A stretch of DNA of 64,000 bases, from IMG/VR virus record IMGVR_UViG_2540341247_000004. One strand, written 5' to 3'. The notes beneath the pieces were generated by a model, which was not told the DNA's origin, ran no database searches, and worked only from the letters and a program-made list of their open reading frames with translations. Positions 56,752 to 64,000 of this stretch are shown piece by piece. Position 1 is the stretch's first letter. The number at the start of each line of letters is the position of its first letter. This stretch comes from an uncultured virus (IMG/VR IMGVR_UViG_2540341247_000004) (taxonomy: Duplodnaviria; Heunggongvirae; Uroviricota; Caudoviricetes). Both the position numbers and the translations under genes were made by a program.

Positions 56752-57369
56752 ATGCGCGACTGCATGATCGATCTTGAGACACTGGGAACCAGCTCCAACG
56801 CACCGATCTTGTCGATAGGCGCGTGTTTTTTTGATATTGAGACGGGTGCAATCGGACAGAAATTTCACGAGAAGATCAAAGTTGCAGACGCACTGAACTA
56901 TTCGCGCATGTCGGGCGACACGTTCGTATGGTGGATGCGGCAGTCCGACGCCGCGCGCAAAAAGGTTATCACAGGCACCCGCGCATCGCTTGAGGTATTG
57001 CACGACTTTTGCCGATTTCTTGGTGCTTGTGACTCCAAAGAGCTGCGCCCGTGGGGCAACGGTGCATCGTTCGATATTACCATTCTGGAATCCAGTTACG
57101 CCCGCATTTGCGGTGACCACCTGCACCCGGCAGACCGCCGCAGCCCTCCCTGGAAGTTCTGGAACGTCCGCGACTGTCGGACCATCAAAGACCTGGGGGA
57201 GGCGGCGGGATACCGATGGACCGAGAAGCTGGACGGCACCGCGCATGACGCCCTGGACGACGCAATCTTTCAGGCCCGGTGGACCAGTTTCTACTGGCGC
57301 AATCTGACGCAGAAGGAAACCACTGGCGAGCTGCCCGTTTCCGACAATGTGATGGGCCTGCTGGGATGA
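56752..57369 (+). CDS. DEDDh 3'-5' exonuclease (DUF5051/ExoVIII-like)
   Basis: MIDLETLG, WGNGASFD, RDCRT, HDALDDA. Confidence 0.9.
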   Translation: MRDCMIDLETLGTSSNAPILSIGACFFDIETGAIGQKFHEKIKVADALNYSRMSGDTFVWWMRQSDAARKKVITGTRASLEVLHDFCRFLGACDSKELRPWGNGASFDITILESSYARICGDHLHPADRRSPPWKFWNVRDCRTIKDLGEAAGYRWTEKLDGTAHDALDDAIFQARWTSFYWRNLTQKETTGELPVSDNVMGLLG

Positions 57370-57662
57370 TAAAAGCGTTGACAGAAGCTGAACGCAAAGC
57401 CGTCGACGCCTACCTAGATTCCGGGGGTCGCGTTTATACCGCGCGCACGGGCGAAAGTGGCCTTTATGACGAGACGGGGCTTCCTCTGCGACCCGGTATC
57501 GATGGGGTGGGAAGACATACCCGTGCGCGCGTTCAGGCGTTTCGTCGGATGAAGGCCGAAGGTGCCACCAATGTTGAGATTGCGGAGCATCTGGGGATCA
57601 GCCTTTACGCATTGAGGGGCACCCTCAACCGCTGGGCTGGTTGGGATGGTGACGACAAATGA
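57366..57662 (+). CDS. HTH protein
   Basis: G.TN.EIAEHLGIS; ATGA coupling. Confidence 0.65.
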   Translation: MIKALTEAERKAVDAYLDSGGRVYTARTGESGLYDETGLPLRPGIDGVGRHTRARVQAFRRMKAEGATNVEIAEHLGISLYALRGTLNRWAGWDGDDK

Positions 57663-59635
57663 ACACGATCCTTCTCGATATCGAAGTCTACAAGGATTAC
57701 TTCTTCCTCGGGATGTTGCGTGTCGAGGACGGAGTCCGTCGGGGCTTCGAGATGAGTTCACGCACCCCGGAAGGCCCGGATCGCGAAGATCAGATCGAGC
57801 GGATGCGCCTGGATGTTCGCAAGTATCTGCACCAGTTCAACACGGTGGGCTTCAACTCCCTCGGATACGACCTCCCGATGATATGGTATTGGGTCGAGGG
57901 GGCCACCAACGAACAGCTGAAAAGCGCAAGCGACCGGATCATCAAAGGCAATGTGAAGTGGTGGGATGTAGAGGACATGCTTGGAGTCCGAATTCCGTTC
58001 AAGGTCAAGCAACAGCACGTAGACCTGATCGAACCCCAGCCCAACCCTTTCGCCAGCCTAAAGATTCTGAACGGTCGTCTGCATGGCAAACAGTTGCAGG
58101 ACTTGCCGTATGATCCTGACATCGACCTGACCCCTGTCCAAATGGACCGGCTGAATCATTACTGCCTGCAAAACGACCTCGACGCGACGCACAACCTCTG
58201 GACCACCATGGGCGAGGCGATCGATCTTCGACGCAAGGTTTCAGACGAACTGGGCGTGAACGTCATGTCCAAGTCGGACACCCAGATGGGTCTTGCGATC
58301 ATCAAGAAGCGCGTCGAGGACATCACAGGCAAACGGGTGAAGCGCACAGGGGCCACACCGGGTCAGACCTTTCGATACAAGGCCCCCGCTTACATCCATT
58401 TTGAAACACCCCGGCTTCGCGAGATTCTGACCCAAATTCAGAAGCACGATTTTGTGGTGACCGAGACCGGGAAAGTCGACCTTCCGAAATGGCTGAAAGA
58501 CGCCAAGATCGGAATCGGCAGTTCGGTCTATCAGATGGGCCTGGGTGGCTTGCACTCGACCGAGTCCAACCGGGCTGTGAGATCCACCAACAGCCACGCC
58601 CTTTGCGATTTCGACGTGGCGTCCTATTACCCGGCGATCATCCTTAACACCGGGCTTTACCCGGAAGCCATCGGCCCGGTCTTCACCGACGTCTATCGCG
58701 GTATCAGGGACGACCGGATCGTAGCGAAGAAGGCCAAGGACAAGGTTACCGACAAGTCGATGAAGATTGCCCTGAACGGCACCTTCGGCTCACTCGGGTC
58801 ACCCTACTCCTTCGTCTACGCACCGCATCTTCTGATCGCGGTGACGCTCACCGGGCAACTGGCCCTGCTGATGTTCATAGAGCGCGCCGAGCGGGCCGGA
58901 ATCGAGGCTGTGAGCGGCAACACAGACGGCGTGGTGTTCCGCATACCCAGGGATCTCTGGGACGGGCTTGCTGGTGACCGTCCACGACCGTCTGTGTTGG
59001 CTGACGTGGTGGAAGGCTGGGAGCGCGACACTGGGTTCACTCTTGAGGGGACCGAGTATTCCGCACTCTATAACCAGTCGGTCAACAGCTATTATGCGGT
59101 GAAGAAGGACGGCGGGAAGATCAAGCAAAAGGGTCCGTTTGCGGACTGGTGGGACTACAACCCCGACCCCCGCGAACAGATGATGCACAACCCGAGCGCC
59201 ACGATCTGTTCCGTGGCGGCTGCTGAGAAGATCGCCAACGGGACTCCTGTTGCCGAAACCATTCGAGCAAGCCGCGATATCAAACAGTTTGTCACGGTAA
59301 TCAACGCGACCGGCGGGGCGACCTGGCGGGGCGAGTATCTGGGTAAAGTTGTCAGATACTACTGGTCCACTGATGGAGATCCGATCTTCAAGAAGAAGGC
59401 TCATCCGAAAACCGGGAACCATCCCAAGATTCCGAAGACAGACGGTGCCAAAGAGTGCATGCGCCTGCCCGACGAATTCCCTGATGACATCGACTATAAG
59501 CGATACGTTGCAGAAGCCGAGGCGATCCTGAAAGCCATTGGCTACTACGGTGACGTGATCCAGGCGCAGAAGCCAGTCAGGCTTACAAAAGCGAATAGAA
59601 AGGCGGTGCTTGAGGCATGGGTGACATCAGCATAG
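57659..59635 (+). CDS. DNA polymerase, family-B-like, with N-terminal 3'-5' exonuclease
   Basis: DIEVY, GFN..YD, YC..DL; GGLHS, DFDVASYYP, K...NG.FG, T.TGQ, SGNTDG. Confidence 0.88.
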   Translation: MNTILLDIEVYKDYFFLGMLRVEDGVRRGFEMSSRTPEGPDREDQIERMRLDVRKYLHQFNTVGFNSLGYDLPMIWYWVEGATNEQLKSASDRIIKGNVKWWDVEDMLGVRIPFKVKQQHVDLIEPQPNPFASLKILNGRLHGKQLQDLPYDPDIDLTPVQMDRLNHYCLQNDLDATHNLWTTMGEAIDLRRKVSDELGVNVMSKSDTQMGLAIIKKRVEDITGKRVKRTGATPGQTFRYKAPAYIHFETPRLREILTQIQKHDFVVTETGKVDLPKWLKDAKIGIGSSVYQMGLGGLHSTESNRAVRSTNSHALCDFDVASYYPAIILNTGLYPEAIGPVFTDVYRGIRDDRIVAKKAKDKVTDKSMKIALNGTFGSLGSPYSFVYAPHLLIAVTLTGQLALLMFIERAERAGIEAVSGNTDGVVFRIPRDLWDGLAGDRPRPSVLADVVEGWERDTGFTLEGTEYSALYNQSVNSYYAVKKDGGKIKQKGPFADWWDYNPDPREQMMHNPSATICSVAAAEKIANGTPVAETIRASRDIKQFVTVINATGGATWRGEYLGKVVRYYWSTDGDPIFKKKAHPKTGNHPKIPKTDGAKECMRLPDEFPDDIDYKRYVAEAEAILKAIGYYGDVIQAQKPVRLTKANRKAVLEAWVTSA

Positions 59636-59871
59636 AACCGAACCGCTACGCGGGAACATGTGTCCGATGCGGCGGCCGAGTGGCCGAAGGGGCGGGATCG
59701 TTCCGTTTCGTGAAACCCGGCGCGCTGTCCGACTGGCCCCATGTTGGCGGTCTGAATTTCCGCGATGTGGCGCTTCTGGAACACATCGCATGCCGTCAAA
59801 AGTATGACGGAACCAATGTTCACTTCCGTTATTTCCCCGACCCATCCTGCGAAGGTTTCAGCGATGAGTGA
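59617..59871 (+). CDS. Small Cys/His protein
   Basis: NRYAG.C..CG..V..G.G ... H..C. Confidence 0.65.
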   Translation: MGDISIEPNRYAGTCVRCGGRVAEGAGSFRFVKPGALSDWPHVGGLNFRDVALLEHIACRQKYDGTNVHFRYFPDPSCEGFSDE

Positions 59872-60166
59872 CTTTCACTTTTCCCGTGATTTGGAATCAA
59901 CAGTAGAAGATTCCGTGGTCGCCTGGGCCACCAACAACGGTTGGATAGCCAGATTCATGAAGTATCGCGGCCGCCGTGGTTGCCGGGATGTCGATTTCTA
60001 CGGATTCGGCCAGATCGTAATGTGCGAGTTCAAGAAGCAGGACGGAGGTGAGCTGGCCCCCGCCCAGGTTCGAGAACGTGGGCGGATGCGTGACGCGGGC
60101 CTGACTGTTCATGTCATTGACAAGGCGGACGACGGCATCAGTCTGCTGCGGGGCCTCATGGCATGA
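59864..60166 (+). CDS. VRR-NUC domain nuclease
   Basis: ES.VE ... G.RG..D ... CEFK....L...Q ... V.VID. Confidence 0.85.
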   Translation: MSDFHFSRDLESTVEDSVVAWATNNGWIARFMKYRGRRGCRDVDFYGFGQIVMCEFKKQDGGELAPAQVRERGRMRDAGLTVHVIDKADDGISLLRGLMA

Positions 60167-61575
60167 ACAGACCTATCCGAACCAGAAGCATGCTTCGGGA
60201 CAAACAGCTCATAATCGCCAAGTATGTCACAGACGAGGACGGTAAGCTGATCGTCAGCGGAATGGGGTCCGGTAAGACGGGCGCGACGCTGACAGGCATG
60301 CGCAAACTACTCGACTCGTTCGCTGTTCGACATTGGCTTGTGGTGGGGCCGAAATTCGTGGCCCAAAATACCTGGCCCGATGAGATCGAAAGCTGGGAAC
60401 ACACCCGCTGCATGTCCTATGCGGTCGCGGTGGGGACGGACGCGCAGCGGCGCGCGGCGATCGCGGCACGGGCTGAAATCACGACGATCAATTTTGAGTC
60501 CCTGCAATGGCTGGCGAAGCATATCGGATCGGTGAAGAACTGGTATTGGGACGGCGTGGTGATCGATGAATCCAGTCGTTTCAAAGCGGGTAAGAAGCGC
60601 ACCACCCGTGCCCGTGTCAAGGACTCCAAGGGGAACATGAAAATTCGAAAAGGCGGCAACATGACCCGATTTGGCGTTATGGCGACCGCCAGGAGCAAGG
60701 TGAACCGAATTGTCGAGCTCACCGGCACCCCTCTACCGCAGGGCATCCATGACGCCTGGGGTCAGATTTATCTGATTGACCAAGGGGAAAGACTGGGCCG
60801 GTCGATGACCGAGTTCGAAGAACGCTGGTTCATCAAGAACCAATACACGCATCAGATCAAACCCAAGTCAGGGGCAGAAGCCGAAATCATGCGGCTGATC
60901 TCAGACGTCATGGTGACCATTCCCCAAGAGAAACTGGTCGAAGAACCTCGTTTCATTCCCGTGAAAGTCACGCTGCCACCGAAGGTGATTCGCGCTTACA
61001 AGGAGTTCGAACGCACACTTTACGCCACGGAATACGACGTCGAGGCTGTTTCGCGGGGCGTCCTTGCTAACAAACTTTTGCAGTTTGCAAACGGGTCAAT
61101 GTATCGCGAAGACGGGTCAGTTGTGTCGGTTCATGGCGAAAAGATGTCGGCTTTGGACGAGATTGTGGCACAAGCTACAGGCGAAAATATCTTAGTCTTT
61201 TACTCGTATAAGTTTGATCGCGATTCCATACTAAAGAAGTATCCTCACGCAGTAGTTGCAAACGAGGACACAGACGCGATCCGCAAATGGAACAATGGCG
61301 AAATATCAATGATGCTTGCTCATCCCGCGTCTATCGGGCACGGGACAAACCTTCAATATGGGGGTCATATTGCGGTTTGGTTCGGTCTCCCGTGGAGCCT
61401 TGAACTCTACCTGCAAGCGAACTGGCGTCTCCCTCGACCGGGCCAGACCGAGCAGGTTCTGATCTACCAGATCATAGCCGAAGACACCTATGACAAGGTG
61501 GCGATCGACGTCCTGGCCCGGAAGGACGCCACTCAAGAATCACTGGTCCAATCCGTGCTTCACCGAATGGTGTGA
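60163..61575 (+). CDS. SNF2-like SF2 helicase
   Basis: MGSGKT, DESS, LTGTP, KLLQ.ANG, HPAS.GHG.NLQ, WSLELY.Q...RL.RPGQ. Confidence 0.93.
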   Translation: MNRPIRTRSMLRDKQLIIAKYVTDEDGKLIVSGMGSGKTGATLTGMRKLLDSFAVRHWLVVGPKFVAQNTWPDEIESWEHTRCMSYAVAVGTDAQRRAAIAARAEITTINFESLQWLAKHIGSVKNWYWDGVVIDESSRFKAGKKRTTRARVKDSKGNMKIRKGGNMTRFGVMATARSKVNRIVELTGTPLPQGIHDAWGQIYLIDQGERLGRSMTEFEERWFIKNQYTHQIKPKSGAEAEIMRLISDVMVTIPQEKLVEEPRFIPVKVTLPPKVIRAYKEFERTLYATEYDVEAVSRGVLANKLLQFANGSMYREDGSVVSVHGEKMSALDEIVAQATGENILVFYSYKFDRDSILKKYPHAVVANEDTDAIRKWNNGEISMMLAHPASIGHGTNLQYGGHIAVWFGLPWSLELYLQANWRLPRPGQTEQVLIYQIIAEDTYDKVAIDVLARKDATQESLVQSVLHRMV

Positions 61576-61659
61576 CTTTCAACTATTTCTTGCCTGAGAC
61601 GTGCAATTGATCTAAGTCAATAAACGTGAAATTAATCGCACTTCAATCAACAGTGGATC

Positions 61660-62355
61660 ATGCCGATGCTTGACAAGAAAATATTGCACCCCGATTTTGC
61701 CGAGCGTTTTCAGCTCGCCTGCGAGGGTAACCCCCATGTCCCGCCCCAGCACTACGGGCGGCTGGGTTGGATCGTCAAAGAAATGAAATCCCGCTTTGAC
61801 ATCAAGACGACACCAGAAACCGTTCGTCGTTGGTCGTCGGGTGAGGCACGTCCGCGCACAGACAAGCTGCGCGCCCTTGCGCAGCTTTTACAGGTTGACC
61901 AGGCATGGCTGGCCCTTGGGCAACAGCCTACCGACACACCCAAGGAACGTCGCCTGCGCGACGCCGAGCGCGATGGTGCAGTCAACCTTCTGGCAGGCGC
62001 AATCCGCATGTGCGGGGGAAACCCAGCCTTCCCCACGGACGATGACACCCAGGCAAAAGAAAACCTGACCGACCTGTTCGCGATCATCAAAGGTGCCCAA
62101 TACGCAATACACGTTACGACTCCTGTGATCGAAGGCGACAAGATGACGTTCGCGATCCCGGTCAAGGCCCGGAACTCGCTGGCACTTGCCGTCGTCATGG
62201 AACCCAGATTGCAGTTCAGTTTCTACGAACTTCCCTGGGATCAAGTCGAGGAACTGGGGCAGATGAAATCCGGCAACTACCATCTTGAGGTTCCCGTGTC
62301 GCAGCTCGCGACTGTGGGTGCCCGGAAAATCGAGACATTTGCAGAGCGGATTTGA
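61660..62355 (+). CDS. XRE-type repressor/regulator with uncharacterised C-terminal domain
   Basis: FAERF..AC ... TPETVRRWSSGEARPR...LRALAQLL.V...WL.LG. Confidence 0.8.
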   Translation: MPMLDKKILHPDFAERFQLACEGNPHVPPQHYGRLGWIVKEMKSRFDIKTTPETVRRWSSGEARPRTDKLRALAQLLQVDQAWLALGQQPTDTPKERRLRDAERDGAVNLLAGAIRMCGGNPAFPTDDDTQAKENLTDLFAIIKGAQYAIHVTTPVIEGDKMTFAIPVKARNSLALAVVMEPRLQFSFYELPWDQVEELGQMKSGNYHLEVPVSQLATVGARKIETFAERI

Positions 62356-62426
62356 CAATCACCTTTAATGTTGTGACTTTCACTAATTAAGTGTATTCTG
62401 AATCCTTGTCGAAGGGGGTTTAGGAC

Positions 62427-64000
62427 ATGCGTTTCGGAAGTGTTTGCAGCGGGATTGAAGCTGCGTCTGTAGCCTTCGCCCCCCTTGGGTGGGAAGCCGC
62501 TTGGCTGGCCGAAACAGACCTGGCGGCGTCTGCTGTCCTTTCGCACCGATATGGGGCGACCGCACCCAGATTCCCGGTCTCGGAAAAGGATGCAAAGCGC
62601 GCCGCGAAGATCGAGTGGGGGGATCGCGTCACCAACTGGGGTGACATGACCCGCATCCCAGACCTGGTCCGATCAGGTGAAGCCGAGGCCCCGGACGTTC
62701 TCTGCGGCGGGACGCCGTGTTTTCCGGCAGGAGCTTTGGTTTCCACGCCAAAAGGTTTCAAGGAAATCCAGACAATCCGACCAGGGGACATAGTTCTGAC
62801 TCATGAGGGTAGGTATCGCAAAGTCCTGCGGACAGGTTCAAAGTTCGCCACCAATACGGTCTGCATAACCGGTCAAGGCCACCATGGGTTAAATTCGACC
62901 TCGAACCATCCGTTCCTGACTCGGCAGAGAACCTTTAGTTCCACACGCAAGAACGGGAAAGCGGTGGCTCTGACTGGCGTAACCCATCTTCAATGGACGG
63001 ATGCGGCTGATTTGAAGGGACACCACTGGGCAGCACTCGAACGCTACCCGGAGCATCCCATAATGTCCCCGGAAGCTGTGGGGCGTGAGACACCTGTTCC
63101 AGGTATGTGCGAGGCCCTAGCATGGCTGGCGGGCGCGTATGTAGGGGACGGCTGGACCAGAATCAACGACCGACGGGGTTATGTCCTCTACGGTGTGAAT
63201 GATTCAAAGGCAGAATTAATACGAAAAACACTTTCTGATTACGGGCTAACCCACTCCGAGTCGCGCGAACGAACAACACTTCGAATCCAGATTTCTTCGC
63301 GCCCACTTGCCCGTTGGATGGTCACGAATTTTGGAAGCGGATCGGAAGGCAAGGAACTTCCGACATGGCTGTTCGGCGCGGATGAAGGAATTCGTCGGGC
63401 GTTCTTTGAAGGCTACGCTGCAATGGACGGGACCAAAATTCGCCTAGGTCACAGAATCGTAACAGTAAGCCGAAAGCTTGCCCTTGGGACCAAAATTCTA
63501 GCAAACACTCTTGGTATGGCGGCAAGCGTTCGGCTTGTTGAGCCAACTCGAAATAAGTGTTTCATCGAAGGCCGGGAAGTTCGTGAAAAAGCATACTATA
63601 CCGTGTCTACTTCGACATCCAGTAGAACGTCTTTCTCAGATGGAAAGTATCGATTCGGCTGTGTAAGATCGGTAACCCCATCCAAACCATGTATGGTCTA
63701 CAACCTAGAGGTAGAAGAAGATCACACCTACTTAGTGGATGGAATTGTAGTCCATAATTGCCAGTCGTATTCGATTGCCGGCCGCCGCAAGGGCCTGGGT
63801 GATGAACGCGGTCAACTGACCCTCAAATTCGTGGAAATCGCAGATGAAATCGACAACGCCCGCGCAAGACTCGGCCTCCAACCTTGCATTGTCTTCTGGG
63901 AAAACGTGCCCGGAGTCCTCACCGATGCCGGAAATGCCTTCGGAAACTACCTTGCGGATCTCGCCGGCGACGACCAGGCTCTTGAGCCGGGGCCGCGACC
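62427..64000 (+). CDS. C5 DNA cytosine methyltransferase with intein; truncated by the window end (not in the ORF track)
   Basis: FGSVCSGIEAAS, GD, GGTP-[intein]-CQSYS.AG.RKG..DERG.L, WENVPG. Confidence 0.93.
   Translation, partial: MRFGSVCSGIEAASVAFAPLGWEAAWLAETDLAASAVLSHRYGATAPRFPVSEKDAKRAAKIEWGDRVTNWGDMTRIPDLVRSGEAEAPDVLCGGTPCFPAGALVSTPKGFKEIQTIRPGDIVLTHEGRYRKVLRTGSKFATNTVCITGQGHHGLNSTSNHPFLTRQRTFSSTRKNGKAVALTGVTHLQWTDAADLKGHHWAALERYPEHPIMSPEAVGRETPVPGMCEALAWLAGAYVGDGWTRINDRRGYVLYGVNDSKAELIRKTLSDYGLTHSESRERTTLRIQISSRPLARWMVTNFGSGSEGKELPTWLFGADEGIRRAFFEGYAAMDGTKIRLGHRIVTVSRKLALGTKILANTLGMAASVRLVEPTRNKCFIEGREVREKAYYTVSTSTSSRTSFSDGKYRFGCVRSVTPSKPCMVYNLEVEEDHTYLVDGIVVHNCQSYSIAGRRKGLGDERGQLTLKFVEIADEIDNARARLGLQPCIVFWENVPGVLTDAGNAFGNYLADLAGDDQALEPGPR
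62718..63758 (+). mobile_element. 347-aa intein with LAGLIDADG homing endonuclease
   Basis: Starts CFPAGALV; block B TSNHPF; AWLAGAYVGDG and FFEGYAAMDG; ends YNLEVEEDHTYLVDGIVVHN, followed by Cys. Confidence 0.95.

Larger units (their letters stand above)
1..64000. mobile_element. Temperate siphophage/prophage with chi-like (Casjensviridae-type) gene layout; incomplete at the right end
   Basis: Integrase, head, tail, lysis and replication modules are contiguous with no host housekeeping genes; the last CDS runs off the window. Confidence 0.93.

Noticed and set aside
1..64000. tRNA, rRNA, att core, reverse transcriptase/DGR or retron
   Set aside because: None recognised by eye. The att site probably lies outside the window, which begins at the integrase ATG. 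tRNAscan or Infernal would be needed to exclude small RNAs, especially in 48920-50000.

Overview
About 64 kb of a temperate siphophage or prophage of roughly 60% GC, probably infecting an Alphaproteobacterium (inferred from a GapR-like gene and Rhodobacterales-type proteins). The gene layout resembles chi-like phages (Casjensviridae). In order: P4-type integrase and AlpA; lambda-type head module (terS, gpA terL, gpW, portal, S49 protease, decorator, gpE capsid); tail module with a -1 frameshift chaperone; lysis genes; a minus-strand block of nucleotide-metabolism and methylase genes; a 13-kb accessory or early region (36-49 kb); a candidate cos site and iteron origin; replication genes (Prim-Pol/VirE, DUF2800, DUF2815, exonuclease, family-B-like polymerase, VRR-NUC, SNF2); a repressor; and an intein-containing C5 methylase that runs off the right end. 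The most unusual signals are four. (1) Three related tandem arrays carry about 73 oriented copies of the Chi octamer GCTGGTGG and bracket two early-gene cassettes, next to a HerA-like ATPase with a predicted membrane anchor. (2) A short acidic D/E-x(0-3)-LLG motif is shared by about 12 unrelated proteins. (3) About 18 copies of a TTTCAC-N7-GTGAAA palindrome are spread across the genome. (4) A small-gene cassette is very rich in GANTC and GAATTC sites. Family calls come from motif recognition by eye, with no database search, and all counts were made by hand.
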